Part shown: in pieces, positions 7,815-17,099 of the stretch
Position numbering within the stretch: the stretch's first letter is position 1
Layout: each line of letters starts with the position of its first letter
Made by a program: the position numbers and the translations under genes
Notes under the pieces: generated by a model
The model's input: only the letters and a program-made list of their open reading frames with translations
Told to the model about the DNA's origin: nothing
The model's database searches: none
Source: Oscillospiraceae bacterium
GTDB lineage: Bacteria > Bacillota > Clostridia > Oscillospirales > UBA929
Length of the DNA stretch: 64,000 bases
Direction: 5' to 3'
Assembly: GCA_009780275.1 (NCBI GenBank)
Contig: WRAI01000007.1
Coordinates: forward strand, 10,883 to 74,882

Positions 7815-8567
7815 ATGTCAATCGACGAACGTAAGGAAAAAATCCTTAAAATCATCATTGACCGGTATATTGAGAGCGCCGAGCCGGTGGCGTCTAAGCA
7901 TTTGGTCGAGCAATGCAATTTAGAGCTGTCGAGCGCGACCATTCGCAACGAAATGGCAGAACTGGAAGACCTCGGGTTGCTCGAAAAGCCGCATACGTCA
8001 GCAGGGCGCATTCCCTCGGCGTTGGGCTATCGGCTATATGTTGACCGGTTGATGCAGCAACAGCGCCTAACGTCACAACAGAAAGCGCACATTAACACTG
8101 TGTTGCAAAGCAAACTCGACAAATTCGAGCGGCTGCTTGCCGAAGCCGGACGGCTGGCCGCTGATATCACGCGTCACGCTGCCTATGCTTTACCGCCAAC
8201 ACAGGGGCAATACGAACGTGATGATGTGTTGGTGGAGGGCATGGCGCATTTGTTGGAACACCCAGAATTTTCCGACATTGCACGAGTACGACGCATGGTT
8301 GGCTATTTGTCGGATAAGCAGGCGCTGGCACAGATGCCTAAGCCTGCACCAAACCGCCACATTGAGGTGCTGATTGGCTCGGAAAACGTCACGGCGGCGT
8401 TGCAAGATGCGTCTGTTGTTATGGCAACTTACCAAATCGGCGAAACACGGGGCTTTATCGGGCTGATTGGCCCGACGCGTATGGATTACGGTACGGTGAC
8501 ATCTAAGTTGGGCTATGTGGCGCGGCGGTTGGAGCATTTACTGTCAGAGGAGGATGACTATGAGTGA
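7815..8567 (+). CDS. hrcA: heat-inducible transcription repressor HrcA (unusually short, 250 aa)
   Basis: N-terminal wHTH SSATIRNEMAELEDLGLLEKPHTSAGRIPSALGYRLYVD. C-terminal GFIGLIGPTRMDYG. Start taken at MSIDERKE after a GAGGAGG RBS. Confidence 0.9.
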   Translation: MSIDERKEKILKIIIDRYIESAEPVASKHLVEQCNLELSSATIRNEMAELEDLGLLEKPHTSAGRIPSALGYRLYVDRLMQQQRLTSQQKAHINTVLQSKLDKFERLLAEAGRLAADITRHAAYALPPTQGQYERDDVLVEGMAHLLEHPEFSDIARVRRMVGYLSDKQALAQMPKPAPNRHIEVLIGSENVTAALQDASVVMATYQIGETRGFIGLIGPTRMDYGTVTSKLGYVARRLEHLLSEEDDYE

Positions 8568-9051
8568 ACACGGAAACGAGATTATCGAAGAAATACTTGA
8601 CGACATGCCCGAAGAGGAAATGGACCCGGTGCAAGCCGAGTTAGAGGAGTGGAAAGACCGTGCGTTACGAACACAGGCGGACTTTGAGAACTTTCGACGG
8701 CGCAATATAAAAGAACGCGAAAGCGTAATCGTCGACATCCGCGCGGCGACACTGGCGGCATTGCTGCCCGTGTATGATAACTTATTGCGGGCGCTGCAAC
8801 AACCCACCGAGGATGCGGCGTATGCCAAGGGTGTGGAATTGACGCTGGCGCAGCTTTTGGGCATATTTGAGGACTTGGGTGTTGTGCCGTTTGGCAATAC
8901 TGGCGAAAACTTTGACCCCAACATTTGCGAGGCGGTGATGCACGTAGAGGACGAAACGATTGGAAACAACATCATCGTTGAGGTGTTCGCGCAGGGGTTT
9001 AAGATGGGTGACAAGATTTTGCGGCACGCGGTGGTGAAAGTGGCGAACTGA
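8560..9051 (+). CDS. grpE: nucleotide exchange factor GrpE
   Basis: RTQADFENFRRR…, PFGNTGENFDPNICEAVMH, VEVFAQGFKMGDKILRHAVVKV. The start overlaps the hrcA stop. Confidence 0.9.
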   Translation: MSEHGNEIIEEILDDMPEEEMDPVQAELEEWKDRALRTQADFENFRRRNIKERESVIVDIRAATLAALLPVYDNLLRALQQPTEDAAYAKGVELTLAQLLGIFEDLGVVPFGNTGENFDPNICEAVMHVEDETIGNNIIVEVFAQGFKMGDKILRHAVVKVAN

Positions 9052-9599
9052 TGGTTAAATTACAAGGCAGCAACATATATCTCGCGGTACTGGAACGGGC
9101 GGATTGCAGGAAATTATACGAGGATTTTGAGTATGATTTTGACAACGATGCCGATTTTTTCTACATTGGTCATTCTGTCGAAAAGTCTGGCGAGTGGTTT
9201 GACGAGATTCAAAAATTGCAGAGCAATGAAAATATTAGGCTTGGTATATTCCTCAACGACGGTACCGTGATTGGCGATGCAGCATTGCAGGGTATCGACA
9301 ACAAAAACCGTTGTTGCTCTGTTGGTATGGGCTTTGCAAAAAAAGAAAATCGCGGCAAAGGCTACGGTAAACAAGCCATCAAGCTGCTTCTCAAACACGG
9401 CTTTGCCTATCTCGGCATGGAGCGCATTACGGCAAGCACACTTGAAATCAATATCCCCGCCCAAAAAGCACTGGAAAAGCTGGGGTTTACGTTGGAGGGG
9501 CGGGAACGCAAAGCCGTGTATTTCCGCGGTGATCGATATGACAATCTCAAATACAGCATACTTTTAGAAGAATATAATTCAGGAGGACAAACACTATGA
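9051..9599 (+). CDS. GNAT family N-acetyltransferase (RimJ/RimL-like)
   Basis: Acetyltransf_3-like pattern: [22 protein letters not shown]…[18 protein letters not shown]…[20 protein letters not shown]. The ATG overlaps the grpE stop (TGATG), and its stop overlaps the dnaK ATG (ATGA). Confidence 0.85.
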   Translation: MVKLQGSNIYLAVLERADCRKLYEDFEYDFDNDADFFYIGHSVEKSGEWFDEIQKLQSNENIRLGIFLNDGTVIGDAALQGIDNKNRCCSVGMGFAKKENRGKGYGKQAIKLLLKHGFAYLGMERITASTLEINIPAQKALEKLGFTLEGRERKAVYFRGDRYDNLKYSILLEEYNSGGQTL

Positions 9600-11407
9600 A
9601 AACAATCGGAATTGACTTGGGCACAACAAACTCTTGCGTGGCAGTCATTGAGGGCGGCGAACCTGTCGTTATCCCCAATGCCGAGGGCGCGCGCACAACG
9701 CCGAGCATCGTGGCGTTCAGCAAAGACGGCGAGCGGCTGGTCGGACAGGTGGCAAAACGCCAGGCTGTCACGAACGCCGACCGCACGGTCATCTCCATCA
9801 AACGCGACATGGGCACGAGCCGTCGCGTAGAAATCGGCGACAAGAAATATTCACCCGAAGAGCTGTCGGCCATGATTTTGCAAAAATTGAAGGCTGATGC
9901 CGAGGCGTATTTAGGCGGGACGGTGACAAAAGCTGTCATCACCGTGCCGGCGTACTTTACCGACAGCCAACGTCAAGCGACCAAAGATGCAGGTAAAATC
10001 GCGGGGCTGGAAGTGTTGCGGATTATCAATGAGCCGACAGCGGCGGCATTGAGCTACGGGTTGGACAAAGAGGGCGAACAAAAAATCATGGTCTATGACC
10101 TTGGCGGCGGTACGTTTGACGTGTCGATTTTGGAAATTGGCGAAGGCGTGCTGGAAGTGTTGGCCACGGCAGGCAATAATCGCTTAGGCGGCGACGACTT
10201 TGACAATGCCGTGGCGCAGTGGATGATTGCCGAATTTAAGAAAACCGACGGCATTGATTTATCCAACGACAAAGCTGCCATGCAACGTGTGCGCGAAGCG
10301 GCTGAAAAGGCGAAAATCGAGCTTTCGGGCGTGATGCAAGCGTCCATTAGCTTGCCCTACGTCACGGCTGATGCCAACGGCCCGCGGCACTTGGATTTAA
10401 CATTGAGCCGTGCAAAGTTCAATGAACTGACTGCCGATTTGGTAGAAAAGACCATGGGGCCGGTCAAGCAAGCTATGAAAGATGCAGATGTCAGTTCGTC
10501 TGACCTCAATAAAGTATTGTTGGTGGGCGGCTCGACGCGTATTCCCGCTGTGCAAGAGGCTGTCCAAAAATTAAGCGGCAAAGAGCCATTCAAAGGAATC
10601 AACCCTGATGAGTGCGTTGCCATCGGCGCGGCTTTGCAAGCCGGTGTGTTGAGCGGCGATGTAAAAGATTTGCTGTTGCTTGACGTTACGCCATTGTCGC
10701 TGGGCATTGAAACGATGGGGGGGGTGTTTACACGGCTGATTGACCGCAACACCACCATTCCGGCAAAGAAGAGCCAAATCTTCTCAACGGCTGCAGATGG
10801 GCAAACGAGCGTTGAAGTACACGTCTTGCAAGGCGAACGGGAAATGGCCTCGTCGAACAAGACGCTGGGGCGCTTCCACCTCGATGGGATTCCACCGGCT
10901 CCGCGCGGTATGCCGCAAATTGAGGTGACGTTTGATATTGACGCCAACGGCATTGTGCAGGTTGCAGCGTGCGACAAAGGTACGGGCAAGGAGCAGAAAG
11001 TGACGATTACGGCATCAACCAATATGTCTAAGGATGACATTGAACAAGCCGTCAAGGAGGCAGAACTGCACGCCGAAGAGGACAAGAAGTGGCAAGAAGG
11101 CGTCGAGATTAAAAATAGCGCCGACCAAATGCTGTACACCACGCAAAAATCGCTTGATGAGTTGGGCGACAAAGTGTCAGATGATGAGAAAACAGCCGTT
11201 AACGGGGCGATGGATGCGCTCAGAGAAGTCGCAAAAGGTGACGATATTGAGCAAATTAAGGCACTGACGGAGGAATTGACAAAAGTATTTTACCCTATCA
11301 GCGAGCGGATTTATAAGGAAGCTGCAGAGCAAGCACAAGCAGAGGGCGGAGCCAATGTGCCGCCGGACGCTGATGTTGTTGAAGATGCGGAAATTGTTGA
11401 GGAATAA
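9596..11407 (+). CDS. dnaK: molecular chaperone DnaK (Hsp70)
   Basis: [35 protein letters not shown] and other motifs. Full-length at 603 aa. Confidence 0.98.
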   Translation: MKTIGIDLGTTNSCVAVIEGGEPVVIPNAEGARTTPSIVAFSKDGERLVGQVAKRQAVTNADRTVISIKRDMGTSRRVEIGDKKYSPEELSAMILQKLKADAEAYLGGTVTKAVITVPAYFTDSQRQATKDAGKIAGLEVLRIINEPTAAALSYGLDKEGEQKIMVYDLGGGTFDVSILEIGEGVLEVLATAGNNRLGGDDFDNAVAQWMIAEFKKTDGIDLSNDKAAMQRVREAAEKAKIELSGVMQASISLPYVTADANGPRHLDLTLSRAKFNELTADLVEKTMGPVKQAMKDADVSSSDLNKVLLVGGSTRIPAVQEAVQKLSGKEPFKGINPDECVAIGAALQAGVLSGDVKDLLLLDVTPLSLGIETMGGVFTRLIDRNTTIPAKKSQIFSTAADGQTSVEVHVLQGEREMASSNKTLGRFHLDGIPPAPRGMPQIEVTFDIDANGIVQVAACDKGTGKEQKVTITASTNMSKDDIEQAVKEAELHAEEDKKWQEGVEIKNSADQMLYTTQKSLDELGDKVSDDEKTAVNGAMDALREVAKGDDIEQIKALTEELTKVFYPISERIYKEAAEQAQAEGGANVPPDADVVEDAEIVEE

Positions 11408-11413
11408 AGATAA

Positions 11414-11440
11414 CAAGGGAGCGATTTTATCGCTCCCTTG
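11414..11440 (+). terminator. hairpin downstream of dnaK
   Basis: CAAGGGAGCGAT-TTT-ATCGCTCCCTTG, a perfect 12-bp stem. There is no clear U-tract. Confidence 0.5.
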
Positions 11441-11463
11441 ACGTTTCAAAGAGTTGATTAGGG

Positions 11464-11492
11464 TTGAATTCTGAACGAATTCATGTTATAAT
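11464..11492 (+). promoter_or_regulatory. promoter with embedded palindrome upstream of the ECF sigma gene
   Basis: TTGAAT-17 nt-TATAAT with an extended -10 TGT. The palindrome TGAATTC-N5-GAATTCA (11465..11483) overlaps the -35 and spacer. Confidence 0.55.
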
Positions 11493-11595
11493 ATGTACAA
11501 ATAAGTCGCGGATTTGATTTTATGCCGCATAGCAATGTAATGTATTGTTGTGCAATTCTGTCATATATTATAAGGGAGGATAGGAGGGAAAGCCT

Positions 11596-12177
11596 TTGCC
11601 TTACGACTATGACGCGTTGGCAGAACTCGTTCACCGAATTAAAAACGGAGATATGACCGCCTTTCGCTCTTTGTACGAGCAGACGCAGAAGCAAATTTAC
11701 TATTTCGCACTCAAGGTGATGCGCAACAAAGAAGAGGCCGAAGACATCTTGCAGGAAACGTATATTAGTGCATATAGGCACATCGAGAAGTGCAAGAATG
11801 ACCGAGCCATCGTCAAATGGCTGACAAGTATTGCGTATAATCATATGCGGGATAGACTGGCGGTTCTGGCAAAAGCCAATCAGGTATTTGTGCGTGATAC
11901 GGAGGAGCAAGAGATACTCAACCACGTTGCCGATGATGTTTCGTTAGAAGATGCGTTTATCAGGAAAGAAGACGCAAAGCACATTCTTGTGCTGGTGGAG
12001 CAACTGCCTGAAAAACAGCGGTTGGCATTATTTATGTATTATTTTAAAGGGCTGTCGGCAGCGGAAATTGCCGAGATTTGTGACTGTAAGGAAAATGCAG
12101 TCAACAAACGCTTATTTGATGCCCGCGCTGCCATTAAGAAAAAAATACAGCAAGAAGAAAGGGAAGAGCAATCATGA
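11596..12177 (+). CDS. RNA polymerase sigma-70 family (ECF-type) sigma factor
   Basis: Region 2 (EDILQETYISAY) and region 4 (LPEKQRLALFMYYFKGLSAAEIAEICDCKENAVNKRLFDAR). TTG start preceded by GGAGGG. Confidence 0.85.
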   Translation: MPYDYDALAELVHRIKNGDMTAFRSLYEQTQKQIYYFALKVMRNKEEAEDILQETYISAYRHIEKCKNDRAIVKWLTSIAYNHMRDRLAVLAKANQVFVRDTEEQEILNHVADDVSLEDAFIRKEDAKHILVLVEQLPEKQRLALFMYYFKGLSAAEIAEICDCKENAVNKRLFDARAAIKKKIQQEEREEQS

Positions 12178-12296
12178 ATCATATCGGACTGCACGACATT
12201 ATTCGTGAAGATTTTGAGTGCACGCCCCATCCGGACTTCGAAAAACTCTGGGAGCGAGTGATGGATGAGATTGGTGAGGATCAGGAGTCTAAATAA
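12174..12296 (+). CDS. 40-aa ORF translationally coupled to the sigma factor gene (possible anti-sigma remnant)
   Basis: The ATG overlaps the sigma stop (ATGA). Sequence MNHIGLHDIIREDFECTPHPDFEKLWERVMDEIGEDQESK. No TM segment. It sits where an anti-sigma gene is normally found. Confidence 0.35.
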   Translation: MNHIGLHDIIREDFECTPHPDFEKLWERVMDEIGEDQESK

Positions 12297-12338
12297 CAAA
12301 AGGGACATTTTCGCCAGCGTGAAAATGTCCCTTTTGTT
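12295..12338. terminator. bidirectional rho-independent terminator
   Basis: 18-bp perfect stem AACAAAAGGGACATTTTC / GAAAATGTCCCTTTTGTT, flanked by A/T runs. It lies between convergent genes. Confidence 0.7.
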
Positions 12339-12421
12339 ATTTGGGAACGATAGGAGCAGTTTGTGTTTGTCCTCACATGAGGTTCGACAAACGTCAATGT
12401 ATAGAAACGATTTGGTTTTAA

Positions 12422-13321
12422 CTACTTCTTCTTTACCGCAACCCAAAGTTCAATTGTGCCAAACTCATTGTCGCCGCCGTAAAGTTCCATATCTAAATCA
12501 CCAACCTGCTCGTAGCCTGTTGTAGGAAGCCATTCGGAAAAAACACGTTTATACAGCGACTCAATGACTGTGCCAATATCGTCCCAAATAAACTTATCCG
12601 ACAGAAAGACAGCCCATGTGTGGGCGGGGATATCCACAACAGCATAGCCGTCAACGCAACTGCTTGGGCTGCGGAACGCACACAACATATAGGGGAAAGA
12701 ATCGGCAGTTGTCTCCTTGTAACTGCATACTGCGTGTACTTTACAGAAGTCTCCTTTGATAAATGCAGGCAACTCTCCCGCATCCTGCACTAATTTCTCA
12801 TATGCGCCGTCCTCATGGCATTTATCCCATAGCTCGCTGGGCGTTTTGGGAGAAATCCCGCTCCCATCTAGCTTAAAAATGCCCTCGATGCCGAAAACTT
12901 GAAAAGCCTCTTTTGTTTCGATACGATAATCCATGCCTTTTTCTCCTTTAATTGAAATTTGGAAGGAGAGCTTGGGATAGGCTTTGAGCGTCACACCGTC
13001 GGCGCGCGCTTCCGTTGGTGTGACGCCGTGCAGCGCTTGAAACGCACGCGAAAAGGAAACCGGCGAATCATAGCCGAATTTCATCGCTAAATCAATGACT
13101 TTTGTGTTGCTGTTTTGCAGTTCAAGTGCGGCAAGCGTCAGCCGTCTTCGACGAATATATTCGGAGAGTGAAACATCAGTGATAAGTGAAAACATTCTAA
13201 AAAAGTTGTGTGAAGAGCAACAGGCGATCCGTGCCAGTATCTCATAATCGATTTCGCCAATCAAGTTATCCTCCACATATGCAAGGGCTGCATTCATGCG
13301 TGTAAGCCAATCCAAAATCAT
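12422..13321 (-). CDS. AraC family transcriptional regulator with GyrI-like effector-binding domain
   Basis: N-terminal double HTH (…SPVSFSRAFQALHGVTPTEAR). C-terminal ~150 aa GyrI-like domain. Confidence 0.9.
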   Translation of the reverse strand: MILDWLTRMNAALAYVEDNLIGEIDYEILARIACCSSHNFFRMFSLITDVSLSEYIRRRRLTLAALELQNSNTKVIDLAMKFGYDSPVSFSRAFQALHGVTPTEARADGVTLKAYPKLSFQISIKGEKGMDYRIETKEAFQVFGIEGIFKLDGSGISPKTPSELWDKCHEDGAYEKLVQDAGELPAFIKGDFCKVHAVCSYKETTADSFPYMLCAFRSPSSCVDGYAVVDIPAHTWAVFLSDKFIWDDIGTVIESLYKRVFSEWLPTTGYEQVGDLDMELYGGDNEFGTIELWVAVKKK

Positions 13322-13408
13322 CCCCTCCTTTCACGTTAAAGTATAATGGAAAACAAACTTCAATGTCGCAACAATTCATGCCGTGTTTTGTTTGCTCGGG
13401 CAACGATA

Positions 13409-13447
13409 TAAAAAACAATACCGAGCCGCTATCTTAGCGGCTCGGTA
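13409..13447 (-). terminator. rho-independent terminator
   Basis: Minus strand: TACCGAGCCGCT-loop-AGCGGCTCGGTA followed by TTGTTTTTT. Confidence 0.7.
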
Positions 13448-13470
13448 CGCTCTTTGTTTGTACTGACAAA

Positions 13471-14283
13471 TCACCCCAACCCAACAGGAATCTCAACATC
13501 ATCACCAAACGCGTTGAATGTATGGAGCGTCTCCATGCGCATTTTTACTGTTTCGCCCTCGGCCGTGATATTCATGGCCATATCCATTGTCATTGACAAC
13601 GGGTTGTTGTCAGAATCGGCAACGATTGTCAAATAAACATCGTCAATATCCATGGAAAAATCGTCAACTTCGCCCAACATATCTGTCATGCCATCCATGG
13701 ATGACATAAAGAAATCGGTGAGGGCTTGCCCTGCCAGCACAGCGCGCATGACTGTATGATCGCCCGATTCTTCGATTGTGGCCGAAAGGAACATATTTAA
13801 GGTAAGCTCGGGCATATTGACGGCACTATCCAAGATATCGTCGAATTCCTTTTGAGAAAACATTTCACCCATTTCCACACCATCAATCAATATACTCATC
13901 GCCGTAACGCCGTCGGCGTTGATTTCCATGTACATCTCCATGGTCGTTGTAGTGAATCCCATATCCATTTCCATCACCATGGCGCTGTGGATATCATTGC
14001 CGTCGGCAATTGTAATGCTGTTGCCGTTGGTAGTCATATTGATGGTCTGTCCTTGCGCTATAACCTCCACGTCCATGGTAAAATCCACGTCAACAGCGCC
14101 CGACTGCCCGTCACCGACTGTCATACGCGACATGATGTCGGAATATGCGGCGAAAGCAGCCAGCGTTTCGGTGTTGTCAGGCGGGTCAACGACATTGCCG
14201 TCGTTGTCGCCGCAAGCCACCAACGTAATGGGCAGGGTGAGCAGAGCGAAGGCAAGCAAAGCTGTCATGAATTTTTTTGGCAT
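13471..14283 (-). CDS. Met-rich lipoprotein, unknown function
   Basis: MPKKFMTALLAFALLTLPITLVAC = lipobox LVAC. GGAGG RBS. Many Met/Asp/Thr residues (MEMDMGFTTTTMEMYMEI…). Confidence 0.75.
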   Translation of the reverse strand: MPKKFMTALLAFALLTLPITLVACGDNDGNVVDPPDNTETLAAFAAYSDIMSRMTVGDGQSGAVDVDFTMDVEVIAQGQTINMTTNGNSITIADGNDIHSAMVMEMDMGFTTTTMEMYMEINADGVTAMSILIDGVEMGEMFSQKEFDDILDSAVNMPELTLNMFLSATIEESGDHTVMRAVLAGQALTDFFMSSMDGMTDMLGEVDDFSMDIDDVYLTIVADSDNNPLSMTMDMAMNITAEGETVKMRMETLHTFNAFGDDVEIPVGLG

Positions 14284-14350
14284 GAGGAATACCTCCATTT
14301 ATTAATTATATTGCATTCATTATAACATAGCGCCGTTGTTATCGCAAGTT

Positions 14351-15676
14351 TTATACGCGCATTGTTTTCCATTTGCCACTATGATACCGCCATAACGTCA
14401 GCGGCAACAATAATGCCCAGCCAACCGGCATTGTTACCCACGCGGCGCTGTAGCCCAATACACCCCAATATACAAATGCGTAAGCCAAACCAACGCGCAC
14501 AATTAAGTCAAGCGTTGTCGCAACGGTGGGGAACATGACATCGCCGGCGCCTTTAAGTGTGCCGTTAACAATGAGCGATGGTGTGAGTAATATCAGCCAC
14601 GGCGCGACAAAGCGAATTTGCTCTACGCTCCGCGCCATCGCTTCACCCGTCAAGCCAAATAATCCGACAAGTACCGGCGCAAAGATAAACAAGCCCGCCG
14701 CCATGACAATGCCCGCGCCTGTAGCCATGCCTTGTGTTTGTACAAAGCCTTTCTTGACACGGTCGAGGCGGCCTGCGCCGATATTCTGTCCAGCAAAGGT
14801 TGTCATACTGTTGTTAAAGGAAAGCATGATAATAAAAACAAAACCGTCAATGCGCATGGCAACGGCATAACTTGCAATGCCGAAAACCTCAAACGAATTG
14901 ACAAGCCGCCCCATTGCCATGTATGCTATGGCAAGCACACTATGCTGCACGCCGATGGGCAGGCTCAGCCGCAGTGCTCGTTTGCAGACAAGAATATCAA
15001 AGGCGCGTACGGGCCGCAGATACTCATATTTTTTCACCATATAAATGTAGGCAATGACTGCCGAGAACATTTTGGAGAGCAACGTTGAGACGCCTGCACC
15101 GGCAACGCCCCAACCCATAATGACAACGGCAAACAGTGTTAAAATTACATTGAAGACCGTGGTGGCAATCAAAAAATACAACGTAACTTTGGCGTTGCCG
15201 ATGGCGCGCAAAATTGAGGCAATGGTGTTGAAAATAAATAGAAACACAAGGCTTGCTGCTATAGTGCGCAGATAGAGAATCGCCATATCTAAAATCTCAG
15301 GCGGCACACCCAGCATATGGCGCAATAATATGGGCGTCAAAACAAAGCCCACCGCGCTCAGAAACACGCCAGTCACTGTGCCGAGCAGCAATACCGTCGA
15401 AACTGTCGCGCGCATATCATCGAGTTGCTTTGCGCCGAACTTTTGCGATACAATGATGCCACTGCCCATTGCCAATCCAATTGACAACGCTAAAAAAAGA
15501 ATAATTAGCGGCGCTGACGTACTGATGGACGAAAGGGCTTCTTCGCTGACAAAATTGCCGACGACAATGCCGTCGAAAATACTGTACAGTTGCTGAATAA
15601 TGTTGCCGAGCATTACAGGCACGGCGAAGAAGAGGATGTGCTTCCATTCCTTGCCGGTGGTCATATCACGCTGCAT
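14351..15676 (-). CDS. MATE family efflux transporter
   Basis: 441 aa, 12-TM pattern, N-terminal MATE signature (PVMLGNIIQQLYSIFDGIVVG). Confidence 0.92.
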   Translation of the reverse strand: MQRDMTTGKEWKHILFFAVPVMLGNIIQQLYSIFDGIVVGNFVSEEALSSISTSAPLIILFLALSIGLAMGSGIIVSQKFGAKQLDDMRATVSTVLLLGTVTGVFLSAVGFVLTPILLRHMLGVPPEILDMAILYLRTIAASLVFLFIFNTIASILRAIGNAKVTLYFLIATTVFNVILTLFAVVIMGWGVAGAGVSTLLSKMFSAVIAYIYMVKKYEYLRPVRAFDILVCKRALRLSLPIGVQHSVLAIAYMAMGRLVNSFEVFGIASYAVAMRIDGFVFIIMLSFNNSMTTFAGQNIGAGRLDRVKKGFVQTQGMATGAGIVMAAGLFIFAPVLVGLFGLTGEAMARSVEQIRFVAPWLILLTPSLIVNGTLKGAGDVMFPTVATTLDLIVRVGLAYAFVYWGVLGYSAAWVTMPVGWALLLPLTLWRYHSGKWKTMRV

Positions 15677-15761
15677 GTGTTATCCTTCTTACCTACATTC
15701 TTATTGTACAAGTATAACACAACTTGCGACATAATGCAAAGTCAAAACAGAGTGATAAATC

Positions 15762-15790
15762 TTGACAAAATAACTCTGTGCATGTATGAT
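15762..15790 (+). promoter_or_regulatory. promoter of the YibE/F gene
   Basis: TTGACA-17 nt-TATGAT. The 7-bp inverted repeat ACAGAGT/ACTCTGT (15747..15753 / 15773..15779) brackets the -35. Confidence 0.55.
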
Positions 15791-15884
15791 GAGTAAACCA
15801 AACAACGACTGTTATGGAGAGTAAACTCACCTATAATTGTCAGTTTAATGGAACATATTTTAGACATATCAGGAGATTGTCATC

Positions 15885-17060
15885 ATGTACAGTAAACCCT
15901 CAGAAACAAAGTTGAACCATACACGCGATATTATCATTCGTGTTGCCATTATTGCTGTTGCCGTCATTTTGCTCGTTGTGGGCAATCGTATTGCCGTGCG
16001 TAATTTGGATTTGGCGCAGCGTGACGAGAATGCCATTACCGAGCGGGCGCGGGTGGTTGCTGTTATTAACGAAGGTGAATATGATGATGAGTTTGGTAGT
16101 TGGCGCACTTTGATTTTTGAGGCACGCATTACGCATGGTGGGCGTCGCGGCGAAACTGTGATCGTGCAGCAGTCGATTGATATGCATTATGATGATGAAA
16201 GCACACTGGTTGCCGTTGGCGACCGCGTGATTATCGGCGTGCTTAGCCCGCCCGATCCGCAATTTGACGACCCGGATATGCCGCTTGAATGGCACTTTTA
16301 TGCCCACCAGCGTATCAATGGCATTCTTGTTTTGGGCGGCATATTTGCTTTGTTGCTTCTATTATTCGGGCGAATGAAAGGGTTAAATGCCTTAGTATCA
16401 CTTGCGTTGACAGTGGCCATTATCTTCATGGTATTTATTCCCGCCATTCTATCGGGCGGCCATGTGTATGTTTGGACAGTGTTGGTTTGTCTGTATGTCA
16501 TTGTGTTTGGATTGTTAATTATTCACGGCATTGGCCGAAAATCTCTTGCTGCGATTGCCGGGTGCCTTGGCGGTGTCGTTGTTGCAGGGTTGTTGGTGTT
16601 GCTGATGAGCGGAGCGCTGCGCCTCACAGGCACGGGCACTGATGATGCTATGCATCTGCAATGGATGAACATTGATTTACGAGCCATTATTTTTGCCGGC
16701 ATTGTCATTGGTGCCGTCGGCGCGATTATGGACGTTGCCGTTTCGATTGCCTCGTCGTTGTGGGAGTTAAAAGAAAACGCACCCGAAATGGGCGCGAGAA
16801 GCCTGTTCAAATCGGGTATAAACATCGGGCGTGACGTGATGGGGTCAATGACCAACACACTAGTGTTGGCGTACATTGGCAGCTCGTTAGCTGTGATTTT
16901 AATTATTGTTGCTAATGCCGCATCATATCTCGAGTTGTTTAATTTGGAAATGATTGTTGTCGAGTTGCTGCAAGCTTTGATCGGTAGTTTGGGCATATTG
17001 CTCACAATGCCACTGACAGCGGCAATTTGTGCAGTGATATACGGGAGAGATTCGGAGTAG
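15885..17060 (+). CDS. YibE/F family membrane protein
   Basis: Polytopic membrane protein with a YibE/F-like C-terminal half (…GAIMDVAVSIASS…MTNTLVLAYIGSSL). Confidence 0.85.
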   Translation: MYSKPSETKLNHTRDIIIRVAIIAVAVILLVVGNRIAVRNLDLAQRDENAITERARVVAVINEGEYDDEFGSWRTLIFEARITHGGRRGETVIVQQSIDMHYDDESTLVAVGDRVIIGVLSPPDPQFDDPDMPLEWHFYAHQRINGILVLGGIFALLLLLFGRMKGLNALVSLALTVAIIFMVFIPAILSGGHVYVWTVLVCLYVIVFGLLIIHGIGRKSLAAIAGCLGGVVVAGLLVLLMSGALRLTGTGTDDAMHLQWMNIDLRAIIFAGIVIGAVGAIMDVAVSIASSLWELKENAPEMGARSLFKSGINIGRDVMGSMTNTLVLAYIGSSLAVILIIVANAASYLELFNLEMIVVELLQALIGSLGILLTMPLTAAICAVIYGRDSE

Positions 17061-17099
17061 GGGGAAGCATACCCTGCACGACGCTTATATCGTCGCCGG

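Noticed and set aside
10357-11172. 271-aa minus-strand ORF (plus 9547..9942 and 10093..10347) opposite dnaK
   Set aside because: These are antisense shadows of a highly conserved gene. Their composition is Ser/Cys/Ala-rich with no RBS or domain signature.
11458-11925. 155-aa minus-strand ORF opposite the ECF sigma gene, and 12039..12446 (135 aa)
   Set aside because: They overlap a well-supported sigma gene, a terminator and a promoter. No family resemblance.
13852-14325. Plus-strand ORFs (157 aa, 128 aa) opposite the Met-rich lipoprotein gene
   Set aside because: These are His-rich mirror images of the Met/Asp-rich coding strand. The minus-strand gene has a signal peptide, lipobox, RBS and terminator.
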